NCBI GenBank assembly: GCA_963813575.1
Contig: CAWFAF010000062.1
Span: 166,862-230,861, forward strand
Direction of reading: 5' to 3'
Source: an uncultured Planctomycetaceae bacterium
GTDB taxonomy: Bacteria > Planctomycetota > Planctomycetia > Isosphaerales > Isosphaeraceae
Length of the DNA: 64,000 bases
Part shown: positions 43,784 to 55,938 of the stretch, in pieces
Numbering within the stretch: the stretch's first letter is position 1
Layout: the number at the start of each line of letters is the position of its first letter
The notes under the pieces: model-generated
What the model was told of the DNA's origin: nothing
The model's database searches: none
Seen by the model: only the letters and a program-made list of their open reading frames with translations
Program-made: the position numbers and the translations under genes

Positions 43784-45073
43784 ATGGCGACCCTCGACCG
43801 ACCCCTGCTTCGCCCCCTGTCTGCGCAGCGAATGGATCATCAGGGGCAGTCGTTTGCGGTATTGCAAGACCCGCTGGGAGTCTTCGCGAGTCCTATTCTG
43901 CTGGCCCTTGACACCTTTGTGCATGTCTGCCGGCATTTTGATGGTCGAAACTCGCTCGCGGATATCCTGACGCGGGTCGAACAGGAAACCGGGCAGTTGA
44001 TTTCGCGCGAGGCGCTGGAACGGCTGGTGACCGAGCTTGATCAGGCGATGGTGCTCGAAGGACCGGCATTCGATCAGTTTCGCGAATCGTTCCGGCAGGC
44101 GATGGTGCGGCCCGCGGCGCTTGCGGGTCGATCCTATACCGCAGGTGATGCGGCGCTGCGAACTCAGCTCGCGCAGTATTTCGCCAGCGACAGGGGGGCG
44201 GGCCAGCCGCCCAGGCGAACCCACCGGGCGTCACGACGGCTTCGCGGCGTCCTGTCTCCGCATATCGATTACAACCGGGGCGGCCCTGTCTACACGTGGT
44301 CGTACCAGCAGATTCTTGAACAGTCTGATATCGATACGTTCATCATCCTGGGCGTCGCTCATCAGTTCTGTCGTCGCCGCTTCGTGCTCACGCTCAAGGA
44401 CTTCGAGACGCCGCTGGGCACCGTCCCGACCAATCGAGACTATGTACGAAGGATTGCCGCGACCGCCGGCAACGAATTCTTCGATGATGAGTTAGTGCAC
44501 CGCGCCGAGCATTCCATCGAGTTTCAGGCGGTGTTCCTCCAGTACTTGCTGGGCCAGGAGCGAGCCTTCTCGATCGTGCCGATCCTGGTAGGCTCATTCC
44601 AGGACCTTCTGGCGCGGGGCATCGATCCGATCGACGACCCGGATGTCCGCCGGTTCGTCGAATCGCTCCGCACGGCCGAGCGCTCGAGCCGGCAGAACGT
44701 GGCCTATATCGGCGGCATCGATCTTTGCCATGTCGGACCCGAATTCGGTGATGCCAACCCGGTCGACTCCGGCCTTCAAGAGACGGTCCGGCGCTTCGAC
44801 CATGAGATGCTGAATCATGCGGCGTCGGGTGATCCTTCCGCGTGGTTTCAAACGGCCGCCGACGTCTCCAATCGCTGGCGAGTCTGCGGACTGGCCGCCA
44901 CTTACACCATGCTGCACGCGATGGGGCCCGCACAGGGCCGCCTGCTACGATACGAACAGGCGGTGGACGATCGCCGTACCTGCTGCGTCAGCTTCGCCAG
45001 CATGGTCTTTCACTCTCCCGAGCCCGCGGACGACGAGAACTGCAATCCCAATGACGCCCTCAGAGCCTCTTGA
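43784..45073 (+). CDS. AmmeMemoRadiSAM system protein B (MEMO1-like)
   Basis: ALAGRSY, SPHIDY, FETPLG, HRAEHSIEFQ, DLCHVGPEFGD, RVCG, VSFAS. Confidence 0.9.
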   Translation: MATLDRPLLRPLSAQRMDHQGQSFAVLQDPLGVFASPILLALDTFVHVCRHFDGRNSLADILTRVEQETGQLISREALERLVTELDQAMVLEGPAFDQFRESFRQAMVRPAALAGRSYTAGDAALRTQLAQYFASDRGAGQPPRRTHRASRRLRGVLSPHIDYNRGGPVYTWSYQQILEQSDIDTFIILGVAHQFCRRRFVLTLKDFETPLGTVPTNRDYVRRIAATAGNEFFDDELVHRAEHSIEFQAVFLQYLLGQERAFSIVPILVGSFQDLLARGIDPIDDPDVRRFVESLRTAERSSRQNVAYIGGIDLCHVGPEFGDANPVDSGLQETVRRFDHEMLNHAASGDPSAWFQTAADVSNRWRVCGLAATYTMLHAMGPAQGRLLRYEQAVDDRRTCCVSFASMVFHSPEPADDENCNPNDALRAS

Positions 45074-46052
45074 CGATCGTGCTTCGTCGAACGTCGCCCA
45101 CGCAGCCCCGGAGGTTCCGCGTTGCCCACCGCCAGCCAACGTGCGCGCGGAAGTGCGGCGATACGATCGTGAAGCCAGGGTCGAGTGCTGGCAGGGACCG
45201 CGCTACCGGATGACCTACCGCGTGCTGGGCGAAGGGCCTCCCCTGCTCTGGGTACCGGGAATTGCCTCGACCTATCGAAGCTATGCTCTGGTGCTCAATC
45301 GCCTTGCGGAACGGTTTGAGACGATCCAGTATGAATTTCCCGGTGAGCAGCCCGATGATGGAGCTCGCCTGAGGGGCATCAGCCACGATCACCTCGTTGA
45401 CGACCTGTTCGGCCTTATCGAGCACTTGCGTCTCGGGCGGGCCTTCCTGGTGGGCCTCTCGTTTGGTTCAACCATCGTTCTCAAAGCCGCGCACCGAGAA
45501 CCGCGGCGATTCCCCCGCTCGGTGGTGCAAGGCGCCTTCGCACGCCGCCAGTTCACCCCGGCCGAACGCATGGCACTCTTTCTGGGCAGGCGATTCCCCG
45601 GCACCGTATCGCGGCTTCCTCTTCGTGAGACGGTCCTCACCTACAATAGCAAAATGGATTTCCCCAGCCTCCTTGCGGACCGCTGGAGCTTCTACGTCGA
45701 GCAGAACGGGCTAACCCCCATCAGGGCGCTAGCGCATCGCACGTCACTGTTAACGCGGCTGGATGTGCGGCCCATTCTGCCGCAGATACCCGCCGACATC
45801 CTCCTGGTGCAAGGACGAGAAGACCGCATCGTGCCGCAGCGGTATTTCGAGGAGCTCAAAGCCGCTTTGCCGGGGGGCGAGAGTGTGATCATGCCTACAG
45901 TCGGCCATATCCCCCACCTGACTCATGCCGAGCCACTGGCTCAACTGATCGGCGAGTGGCTCTTGCCCTGCAATCCGGCAGGCTGCCCAGGAGAGAGAGC
46001 GCAGCCGGACGATTCGCGCCCGAGCGCTGCTCCGCCCCAACAGGCTATCTGA
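45051..46052 (+). CDS. Alpha/beta-fold hydrolase
   Basis: GEGPPLLWVPG, GLSFG, QGREDRIVP, GHIPH. Confidence 0.88.
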   Translation: MTPSEPLDDRASSNVAHAAPEVPRCPPPANVRAEVRRYDREARVECWQGPRYRMTYRVLGEGPPLLWVPGIASTYRSYALVLNRLAERFETIQYEFPGEQPDDGARLRGISHDHLVDDLFGLIEHLRLGRAFLVGLSFGSTIVLKAAHREPRRFPRSVVQGAFARRQFTPAERMALFLGRRFPGTVSRLPLRETVLTYNSKMDFPSLLADRWSFYVEQNGLTPIRALAHRTSLLTRLDVRPILPQIPADILLVQGREDRIVPQRYFEELKAALPGGESVIMPTVGHIPHLTHAEPLAQLIGEWLLPCNPAGCPGERAQPDDSRPSAAPPQQAI

Positions 46053-46265
46053 TCCGCTGATTATTCATTTCCAGGTCGTCGGTTGCTTCATTTATTGAGC
46101 TTGTTAAAGCCTGCATGAGGTCATTACTGTTGAATCAAAGCAGCGCCCTGCGCGCAAGCCGCTTGCAAAGTTGCCGGCTCGCGTCAAAAATCAACGCAAG
46201 AGGACTCACGTCCACACTCCCGAACTCAACATCGAACCACGCAATCATGCCATCGGAGGCTGCAT

Positions 46266-48537
46266 TTGATGAAACCCATAGTTCAGCCGGGGTCGGCGTC
46301 AGCGTTGACAGCTCATGACTCGCGGAAGGGGGGAAAGGGTGTCCCAGGCCGAAGAACTCGTGCAACGCGATGCTCTTCGGTCGAGCAGTTGGAGTCGCGC
46401 TGCCTACTCTCGACGGTAACCGAATTCCCCGCCCTGCCATCGGGCTTCGCGGGCGACATGACCTCGGCCGCTGGCAAGCTGTGGTTCACTGTTCAGAGTC
46501 CAAGTGCGATCGGCATGCTGGACCCGTCTGATCCCACTCACACACCCCACTTGTACAGCGCGGGCATCGGCGGTATTCCCGTAGACATCACCACAGGTCC
46601 CGACGGCAACGTTTGGTTTACCGAGCCAAAGAGCCATGCCATCGGCATGATTAACACGACGAGTCATCTTATCACGATTTACAACTCCGCTGATGGGTTG
46701 CCGGCCAACGCCGAGCCCCAGGGGATCACGAGTGGAAAAGACGCTACCGGCAAGCCGGTTCTCTGGTTCACCGACACGATCACCAACGCCTCTCTGGGCT
46801 CGCTAGGGAGAATTGACCCGGCAGACCCAACTCATATCCCCGCCGAGATTCCGATCCCAGCCACCAACATCGGCTTCTACAAGTACAACAAGTCAAAAAT
46901 CGTGTCGGACCCGGCTACGGGCAACCTGTGGTTCTCTGAGGTTAAACTGGACATCAACAGCAACGCCACCAAAACGGCCATCGGCCGTTACAACCCGCAA
47001 ACCAATACATGGACGGAATGGGCGTTGACCAGCCCCGTTGGTCAACAGCCACTAAGCCTGATCATTGGACCGGGGGGCAACCCCTGGTTCAGTGAAATCG
47101 TGCCGGCCGCGGGCGGAGGCACCGCCTCCTCACAACTCGGTATGGTCGACCCGGCCAACCCGACGGCCTTCGAAGTCACCCGTTCCGACGCCAGCGGGCG
47201 GCACGGTGCCCATTCCCTTCAGGATCACGGCCGGGGCAGACGGTACAATCTGGTTCACTGATCAAGCCAACGCGGCGATTGGACAGTACCACCCGATCCC
47301 GCCGACTTCTTTTACGTCACTGCCAATCCGCAGTTCGAGCGCTTCCCAAGGCCGCAGGCCTTCGGGATCACGAACGGACCCGACGGCAACGTCTGGTTCA
47401 CGGTCGGTAGCGACGCGGCTGGTCACAGCGACCTCGGCGCGGTTTCCCATGCCACGCATCTTGTGATCCCCGGGCCGTCGCAGCCGCCGGCGACAGTCAA
47501 GGCCGGTGAATCATTTAGTGTGACCGCCGTCGCCGTGGACAGTTTCGGTAATCCTGATCCCGGTTACAGCGGCACCGCCACGCTCAGTCTTGCCCCGAGC
47601 GGCAGCGTTGACGGCACGTCCAGTGCGGTGGCGTCGGGCGGATCCTTTAGCTTCCCCTCCGTGATCGTCAATAGTTCGGGCACGTATACGTTGGGGCTAA
47701 CCGCCCCTGGCCTGCCATCAGCGACCAGCACCAGTTTCACAGTGACAGGCACCAGCAACACCGGGGCTACTCAGCTCCTCGTCACGCCTTCAACCGAGCC
47801 GCCTTCATCCCTCGCCGCCGGAAGCGCGATCAATGTCAGCGTCTTCGCAGCGAACGCCGCGGGTGCGGTCGATACGAACTACAACGGCACGGTGACTGTA
47901 AGTTTGAGTCCCGGCGGTGCAGTCCTGGGAACGGCGACGGCTTCAGCGGGACACGCGTCGTTTTCTGGGCTGACTGTCAATAGCGCGGGTACGTATCAGC
48001 TCGTGTTCTCCGCCAGCGGACTGACCGGCACGGCGACGACCCCGTTCGCGGTGACCGGTTCCGGCACTGGGGCGGTGGTGGTGGCGGCGGTGGTGGCGGC
48101 GGTGGCGGTGGTGCGGCGGTGGCCCCGTACCAACGCCGGTGATCATCGGCGAGACGCCGATCTTCACGCAGAAACACAACAAGAAAGGCAAGCCCATTGG
48201 GCGGAAGGTGCTCACCGGCTTCCAGCTCAACTTCAGCGAGGCGATGAACGCGAGCACCGCCGGGAACTCGGGGAATTACATCGTCGATATCAATGTTCTG
48301 AAACGCGTCAAGCGCAAGCGCGTCACCGTACTGCAGACGGTGCGCTTCACGACAAGCATGGTATCAAGTACCTCGGTGCAACTCCTCACCGGCAACCAGA
48401 AGTTCCTGAAGGGGGGCAAGGTCATCCTGAGCTCCTCGCCGCCCGGCGGCATCAGCAGCGCCGCCGGCGCCTTGCTTGACAGCAGCTACGACACGTTCAC
48501 GATCCTGGCCGGCGGCAAAGGAATCACACGAGGCTGA
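46266..48537 (+). CDS. Large surface protein: LEPR-XLL-type N-terminal motif, Vgb-lyase-like propeller repeats, Ig-like domains (frameshifts)
   Basis: VEQLESRCLLS; repeated ITxGPDGNVWFTE; two S/T-rich Ig-like repeats; poly-Gly linker ~48070-48120; basic C-terminal domain. Confidence 0.8.
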
Positions 48538-48804
48538 CCACCGCAGACAGCCAAGGAGCGCTGGAATTCTCGATGAGAGCTGCCCGAATGCCTGGCTGAT
48601 TAGTGATCGTATTGACGCCAACGGCGGGGTAAGTGTCCGTATCCCCGCCGTTGGCATCTGTCTCCAGGCGCCGCGAGATCTCGGATTCGTCAAGGCCATC
48701 ACGCCTGAGCCGTTGGCGAAGCGAGCCCGGGGGGATTACAATCGGGGCTAGTGAATCGCTACTGCGGCGATGGAAAAGGCCTTGATTTCCCTTCAGGAAC
48801 GCTG

Positions 48805-50071
48805 ATGGCAAATCCCGCGCGGTCCAAACTGGTCATTCTGGGCATCGGGGACGACGGCCTGGCTGGCCTTACCGACTCTGCTCGCCGCGTGCTGGCGACA
48901 TCCGACCTGATACTCGGGGCGGCTTCGATCGTGAGCCTGCTCGCGGATCTACCGGCGCGGAAAGTCGTTCTCGATCCCGACATGACCGAGGCTCTGCGCC
49001 AGGTCAGAGAAGCGCTTGGAGCGCGAAATCCCGTTCTGGCCAGTAGCGGAGACCCTCTTTTCTACGGCGTGGCGCGCTACCTTTGCGACCGGCTGGGGAA
49101 AGAGAGCTTCGAGGTTCTGCCCCACGTCAGCAGCATGCAACTGGCCTTCGCGAGAGTCAAGGAGAGCTGGGAAGACGCCTACTTGACCAACCTGGCAGGC
49201 CGCCCGATCGAAGCGGTGATCGATCGGATTCGCACGGCCGAGAAGGTGGGCCTCTTCTCGAGTGACGAGTTTCCGCCGGCGAGGCTGGCGCGGAGCTCCT
49301 GGACCGGGGCATCGACTACTTCCGGGCCTTCGTCTGCGAGAACCTGGGCTCGCCGGACGAGCGAGTGACGCAGGCCGAACTCGCCGAGCTGGCGGCAATG
49401 GACTTCAACCCGCTCAACGTTCTGATCCTGGTTCGCAAGCCGAATCGACCGGACCGCGCCAGCCGGGCGAGCCGCCACCGCCTCTTCGGCAACCCTGATG
49501 ACGCCTTCAGCCAGACTCTGCCCAAGCGAGGCCTGATCACCCAGGCGGAGGTGCGCGCCATCGCGCTGGCCCAACTTGATATTCGCGCCACCAGCACCGT
49601 CTGGGACATCGGGGCCGGCTCGGGCTCGGTGGCCATCGAGGCGGCGCAGCTCGCTCACCTGGGAACGGTCTACGCCATCGAGCCCGAGCCGGCCGACGTG
49701 GTTCTCATTCAATCCAACGCCGACTCGTTTGGCGTTCCCAATGTGAAAACGGTTCTCGGCCGGGCGCCTGAAGTGCTGGCGGCCTTGCCCGAGCCCGACG
49801 CGGTGTTCGTGGGTGGCACCGGCAGACAGGCCGATCAGGTCCTGAGCGTAGCTTATCACCGGCTCTGCGCGGTGGAAGCCTGGCGATGAGCGTCGCGACG
49901 ATCGAGGGGCTGGCCTCGGCCTACCACGCGCTCAAAGCCCTGGCGGGGCAAGTCAGGGTGTGGAACGTGTCGATCGCGCGTGGAATCGAGCAGATGGACC
50001 GCCTGCGGTTCGAGGCGGTGGCGCCGACATTTCTGCTGGCGGTGAGCAAGCGGGAACAAGCCGATGACTAG
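48805..50071 (+). CDS. cobL: Fused precorrin-6Y C5,15-methyltransferase CbiE/CbiT (CobL) (frameshifts ~49295, ~49870)
   Basis: LGIGDDG, SSGDPLFYG, PHVSSMQLAFAR, ENLG, ITQAEVRA, WDIGAGSGSVAIE, PDAVFVGG. Confidence 0.9.
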
Positions 50072-50366
50072 AGCACCAGGGCGGCTATCCGCTGCACGCT
50101 CAATCCGGAGTTTTTCCAGATGACAGCCCGATCACCGGGTGCGAGCCACCCTTCGAAAAAAGGAAAAGTGGTCTATTGAGTCTGCTTTCGAACGACCTAT
50201 CATCTACTATCGGCGGGGTTCGGCCCAGGACTCCCTGGCAACGCCGTGCCGCCGCCAGGATTCGCCGCAGAGGCAATGGCAGGCGCCGGGCGGCAAGCTC
50301 GTTCTCCGGAGAACGGGCACGGCCAAAGGCGAGGCTGAGCGGCCGGTATGAGAGGTGCGGGATCGC

Positions 50367-51113
50367 ATGACCGAGTCCGGTGACCTGGAACTCGATTTGC
50401 TGGCCGTTGGCGCTCATCCCGACGATGTCGAAATCGCCTGCGGCGGCACGCTGGCCCGACTGGTGCGCAAGGGCTACAGCGTGGGCATCATTGACCTGAC
50501 CGACGGCGAGCCGACGCCCCATTCACCCGGGCCGGACGTCAGGCTGGAAGAGGCACGTCAGGCCGCGGAAACGCTCGGAGTCGCCATGCGACTGAACCTC
50601 AACTTGCCCAACCGCCGGCTGTTCGATTCGTTCGAGGCGCGGGTGGCCCTGGCCAAGGCCTTCCGAAAGTTCAAGCCCAAGGTCGTGCTCGGATTCGGCG
50701 GCAAGACGGTACTGGCCTCGCCTGACCACTACCAGGCAATGCTCATCACCGACGCCGCGGTCTTTTACAGCCGCCTCACCAAGTGGGACGAGCACTTCGA
50801 CGGGCTGATCCCTCATGTGATCTCGAACCAACTCAGTTTTCCAATCGCGCTACATGGGTTAGACTTGCCTGAAGCGTCCGGGTATGTCGTGGCCGATATC
50901 GGAGCCACTCTGGAAGTGAAGCTGCAAGCGATTCGCGCCTACCAGACTCAGTTTCCCGCCAGCAAGGCGGGAATCTTTCGTGCCGTGGAGACGATGAATC
51001 GTTATCACGGTCTGACTGCGGGATTCGAAGCGGGGGAACTCTTCCTGACGTATCGCTCGGTGGGCGTCGATGATCTGATGCGATGGGCCAGTCCGGCGCA
51101 CGCTCGCGATTAA
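50367..51113 (+). CDS. PIG-L/BshB1-like N-acetylglucosaminyl deacetylase
   Basis: AHPDDVEIACGGT, DLTDGE, SPDH, AYQTQF. Confidence 0.88.
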   Translation: MTESGDLELDLLAVGAHPDDVEIACGGTLARLVRKGYSVGIIDLTDGEPTPHSPGPDVRLEEARQAAETLGVAMRLNLNLPNRRLFDSFEARVALAKAFRKFKPKVVLGFGGKTVLASPDHYQAMLITDAAVFYSRLTKWDEHFDGLIPHVISNQLSFPIALHGLDLPEASGYVVADIGATLEVKLQAIRAYQTQFPASKAGIFRAVETMNRYHGLTAGFEAGELFLTYRSVGVDDLMRWASPAHARD

Positions 51114-51290
51114 CGGGCTCCGCGGCGCTTGATTGACGCGGTTCGCGGTTTCCGCAAGCTCGAAAGCTATCGAGGATGACAAGCCCGAAATGCCGAGAAC
51201 TCTTGAAACAACCGAATCGCGGTCCGCTCCAAGCGAGCGATCGCGGTTGCTCCCGTTGCCGGTGTTTGGCCCGATAAAAAAAAGGCGGTC

Positions 51291-52308
51291 GTGGTGAGCC
51301 TTTCAGCGCAATTCAAATCTTGGTGGAAGAGGTTCTTGAGCCAGCACACGGCGGGGAAAGACCAGGATGCGACCGACGAGTTTGCCACCTTGTCGTCGAT
51401 CACGCTCTTGCCCGGCCAGTTGAAATTGAAAGTCGGCGTCGTCTCGGTCCGGGGCAATTATCGCGAGCACAACGAAGACAATTATTACGTGCCCGGCCGC
51501 CGGCCCGGCCTGCTCTCGGAAGGAAGCAGCGTCATGACGGTCGGCGGCGCGAGCGGGGCCGCCAGGGCAGGCGGCGGAGGTGACGCCCCGCCGGCCGGCG
51601 ACGCCATGACCTACGAGCCCTCCAACCTGTTCATCGTGGCCGACGGCATGGGAGGTCAGCAGGCCGGCGAACAGGCCAGCCTCATGGCCGTCGACCTGAT
51701 CCCCAAGGCCATTGCCAAGCGGCTCACTCCCGACCAGAACGAATCACGATACATTCAAGAGGCCATCCGCGAGGCCGTTGCCGAGGTCAACCAGGAGATC
51801 CTGGGGAGCTCTGGTGCGTTCACGGAATTTTCCAACATGGGCACCACCGTCGTGCTCGCTCAGTTTCGCAACGATCGAGCCTACGTCGCAGGCATCGGAG
51901 ATTCTCGCGCCTACCGGCTCCGCGACGGCAAGCTCGAGCAGTTAACCAAGGACCACTCGCTGGCCGATGCGCTGCTCGATGCCGGCACGATCACCAAGGA
52001 AGAGCTTCCCAACCACAAATTCAAGAATGTCTTATATCTTTATCTGGGCAGCAAGGACGCGCAGCGGACCCGAGGATTTCCGCGTTCTCGACGTTCGGCC
52101 GGGCGACCGCTTTCTGCTGGCTAGCGACGGACTTACAGGCGTCGTTCCCGACGAGTCGCTGGCCAGGGTTCTGGGCTCGGTCGATGACCCTCAACAGGCC
52201 GCGGTTATTCTCAAGGACATGGCCCTGGAAAACGACTCGAAAGATAACGTAACCTGCTTGATCATTCATGTAATTGCGCTCCACGCTCCGCCTCTGGTCG
52301 CACCCTGA
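51291..52308 (+). CDS. PP2C-family Ser/Thr phosphatase (frameshift ~52060)
   Basis: REHNED, VADGMGG, MGTT, GDSRAY, TKDHS, ASDGL, DNVT. Confidence 0.93.
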
Positions 52309-52548
52309 GCTCGGGCCGGCGAAATCGCGGTCGGCGTGATCCACTCCGGCCCTGTGGCCTGTCCTGTCCGCGCCCTGGACACGGCCTCCTGTTACTGCCC
52401 GCCGTGAGCCGCGCACGCACCACGCATGAAACCGGGAGGTGCGAGCGTGGCGAGTCGCGTCGGACGATCGGTTGGCCGAGATGTGACTTGAATCGGCCGC
52501 CGCGTGTCTCGAGTTCGGAAACCACGCCGTCCTCTTGCGATCGGAAAA

Positions 52549-53913
52549 ATGCTCGAACTCGACCCCTTTGTTGACGCCGTCGTCAGGTCCGGCCTCGTGC
52601 CCGAGGACGAACTGGCGCGAGTTCGCGCCAGTGTCGCGCCACAACCCTCAAGCGACGCCTCGCTGCGCCTGGCTCGACTCCTGGTCCAGCAGGGTTTGCT
52701 CACGGTTTATCAGGCGCGCAAGCTTCTTGTCGGTACCACGCGGGGGTTCTTTCTGGGCGGACACAGGATCTTGAGCCCCCTGGGAGAGGGAGGAATGGGA
52801 AAGGTTTTCCTCGCCGTCAACGAGGAGACTTTCGCCAAGGTCGCCATCAAGGTCCTGCCGCCCAAGAAAATGCTCGAAGAAGCGAACAGCCTCCTGCGTT
52901 TCCGCCGCGAGATGGAACTCTCCCAGCGCTGCGTTCATCCTAACGTTGCGCGGACGATCGCCGTGGGCAACGACGGAGACGTCTACTTCATGGTCCTGGA
53001 ATACATACCCGGCATGAGCCTCTTCGAGATGGTACGCAGCGAGAAGTACGGCCCGCTCCGCGTGACCGACGCGGCCCGTCTCTTCCTGAAGGTCTTGGAC
53101 GGCCTGGATGCCGCCCATCGAGCTGGATTGGTGCATCGCGACATCAAGCCCTCGAACATCATGATCACGCCCGACGGCAACGCCAAGATCCTTGACCTGG
53201 GGCTTGCCCGGGCGCTGGGCGAAGAGGGAGGGCTCACCCGGGCCAACACGGTGCTGGGAACGCTTGACTACGCCAGCCCGGAGCAGCTCAGCGACGCTTC
53301 GAAGGCCGATGCTCGAAGCGACATGTACAGCGTGGGCTGCACTCTCTACTTCGCGCTTTCGGGCAGTCCGCCATTCGAGGGGGGAGACGCGATCAACAAG
53401 ATCTTCAAGCAGCGGATGGACGATCCCGAGCCGCTGGAGAAAGTAGCGCCCGGAGTGCCCGCGGCGTTCGCCGCCATCGTTCGCAAGCTAATGTCCAAGA
53501 AGCCCGCCGAGCGCTACCAGACTTGCGCTGAGCTGAAGTCCGACCTGGCGCGGTGGACCGACCCGGCCCGGCTCCGCGCGATCCAGGGCGCCGAAGCCGA
53601 AGCGGCTCGGTCATTTCGTCCCCCGCTTCCGTCCCTGGTCGACGAAGACCTGCGACTCCTCGGTGCTTCCGACGAGACCGACGCGAGCGTTCTCTCGCTC
53701 CGCGACCTGGGAGATCCGGAGCCTTCCGTCGCACCCCGCCACAGGGTGCCGCTGCCGCCCTTGCGAGCGGCACTCCGTCCTCGTCTGGAAGAGACCGTTG
53801 TCCGGCGATCGTCGTCCAGCGGCGACGGGCGCTGGCTGCTCCATTTCACCCTCATCGCCCTGGGCCTGGGCCTGGTCGCCATCCTGACCATCGCGCTACT
53901 TTCGCGCAATTAG
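52549..53913 (+). CDS. Hanks-type Ser/Thr protein kinase with C-terminal TM helix
   Basis: LGEGGMGKV, VAIK, HRDIKPSN, DLGLA, GTLDYASPEQ. Confidence 0.95.
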   Translation: MLELDPFVDAVVRSGLVPEDELARVRASVAPQPSSDASLRLARLLVQQGLLTVYQARKLLVGTTRGFFLGGHRILSPLGEGGMGKVFLAVNEETFAKVAIKVLPPKKMLEEANSLLRFRREMELSQRCVHPNVARTIAVGNDGDVYFMVLEYIPGMSLFEMVRSEKYGPLRVTDAARLFLKVLDGLDAAHRAGLVHRDIKPSNIMITPDGNAKILDLGLARALGEEGGLTRANTVLGTLDYASPEQLSDASKADARSDMYSVGCTLYFALSGSPPFEGGDAINKIFKQRMDDPEPLEKVAPGVPAAFAAIVRKLMSKKPAERYQTCAELKSDLARWTDPARLRAIQGAEAEAARSFRPPLPSLVDEDLRLLGASDETDASVLSLRDLGDPEPSVAPRHRVPLPPLRAALRPRLEETVVRRSSSSGDGRWLLHFTLIALGLGLVAILTIALLSRN

Positions 53914-55045
53914 AGCCGGGCGAGGGCCACCGAAGGTCGCAGCCGGAGGGCGAGCGATTCGCAATAGTGATGCGGGCTGCTCAGGTTCCGTCACCGGCGC
54001 CACATCCCACAGGCTTACCAGACCATTCGTCGCCCCAGTGGCGAGCATACAGCCGTCACCGGAAAGTGCTAACGACTCGAGCCCTCTTGCCGGGGATTGC
54101 ACGGCCGCGAGTTCCCGGTTCCGGGCGAGATCCCACAGCCGGACCGATCCGCCCTTTTCAGCCATGGCCAGCATCGTACCGTCACTGGAGATCGCCAGCG
54201 CGGTCGCACCAAGTGCCGACACGGTAATCGTTCCTCGCTGCCGACCGCTTCGCCTGTCCCACAACTTCACAGCGCGATCGAGAAAGCAAGAGGTGGCCAG
54301 CAAGTCGCTAGACGGCGAGAGAGCCACGGCCGTCACCGTTGGCTGACCAGACGACCGCGCCTTGAGGCTTGTGGTGAGCCGTTTGTCGGCAACGTTCCAT
54401 ACATTCACCACGCCCGCGGAGTCGCCCGACGCGAGCAATGAGCCACCTGGAGCGAAAGCCAGCGCGCTGACGGTTGCCTGATGTCCGGTCAAGACGCCCA
54501 GACGCTTACGCTGGACCCAGTCCCAGAGCGACAGCACACCCTCACGTCCGGCCACGGCCACGACCGCGCCGCGATCGGGGAAGGCAATGTGCTGAATGCC
54601 AGTTTGCGGACTGAGATCGAGCGGGCGCATCTCCTCGCCGCGTTGCACGTTCCACATCCGGACGAACCTCCCTGCCTCACTTCCGGCAACAGCCAAGACC
54701 TGTCCGTCGGGCGAAAAAGCAACCGAGCGGGCCGAGCTCTGGGGACCATTCTGGAGCATGCTTGCCCGCCCCGTCGACACCTCTTGGAGCCAGACTTCGC
54801 CGGGGATCGAGGCGGATGCCAGGTAGCGACCGCCGGGTGAGAAGGCAAGCGACCAGACAGGAGCGCCGTGGGAATCGCCCGGCCGGCCCTCGAGCGGCCG
54901 GTCGCTGCGCGGGTTGCTTCTCGGGTTCGGTCCGGGACTCGATTCCCCAGAGAGCGGCGATGATGCCCGCGAGCAGCACGACCCGGGGAGCGAGGCTGCC
55001 TATTAGTCGGCGGGCTATGTTCGTCGTGGACCTGTGATTGGTCAT
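53896..55045 (-). CDS. WD40-repeat protein with N-terminal TM/signal segment (frameshifts near 54780-54880)
   Basis: Repeated VAFSPDG...LWD units; GHQATVSALAFAPGG. Confidence 0.85.
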
Positions 55046-55359
55046 GAGCGTTCCTTAATCACGAGGGCCGGTTTGGCCCGACTCGTCGCGGTCCCTAGGT
55101 TTGCTTGCGAAAAGCGCGCGAACCGCCCCTGCGTTTGACCCGGAGATTCCCAGGTCGAACGTGGACTGGCAATGCGTCTTTCACATCGGTATGGTAACGA
55201 CATCAATGGATCAGCTTGATCCAAATGAATCGTGGCCCCAGGTTCCCGCGCGCTTTCTTTTGAATCATGCGTCAAACATCTACCGACGATCCCCGAATTC
55301 CTTAGGCCATAAGGTTAATGTCAAGAATCGGAGGGGATGCGCCGGTACAGGCGCAGAGT

Positions 55360-55682
55360 TCAGTACGGTTCACGCCCGTGTGCGCGGCGCCGCCGGAATT
55401 CCAGGAGCGCCTCGAGGCCTGGGCTGGGGTCATTCCCCAGAGTCGGCGGCGTCGGCCGCCTTTTCGGGAAGGATTGGTGTGGCCAAGTGTCGTCGTTTCG
55501 AGGCCGGTCTTGCGGATCAGCTCGCTCAAGCTCTTGACACTGATCCCACCCGCCCGCTCGGCGATCTCCTCGGGAGTGTGAAGATGCTCCAGTTTGGGGC
55601 CGACTACATCCTGATTGTCGTCCTTCAACGTGCAAACTCCCCTTGAGCTCGTATCCTTGGGCTCAATGGCGCGCTCGGGCAC
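55360..55682 (-). CDS. Small winged-HTH / excisionase-like protein (frameshift ~55420)
   Basis: LHTPEEIAERAGGISVKSLSELIR...RRLWGMTPAQ then LEALLEFRR in the shifted frame. Confidence 0.5.
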
Positions 55683-55938
55683 CTACGACACGCAAGGCGA
55701 TCGAGGGCGCGCCGCCCTACTTCCCTGCGCTCGAATCCGGCGCCTGGATTGTCGCGCAGCCTTAGCATTGCAAACCTTAGTCGACATGAGCGTCATCCCG
55801 AGGGATTCTGGCACTCTCTGACTGAAAAGTTCTTCGAGGCGCTCGGCGAACTGTGCCTTCGTTCCGGACTCGTCAGCCTCGATCGCGGCCACTACAGCCG
55901 CACTCACTCTCAGTCATTCGCATGCCAGGACGAATTGT

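Noticed and set aside
48069-48122. GGT/GGC short repeats as a CRISPR or VNTR locus
   Set aside because: Encodes a poly-Gly linker within a CDS; no repeat-spacer structure was seen anywhere in the window.
48537-48805. Cobalamin riboswitch upstream of cbiET
   Set aside because: No B12-box or other conserved riboswitch elements recognisable by eye.
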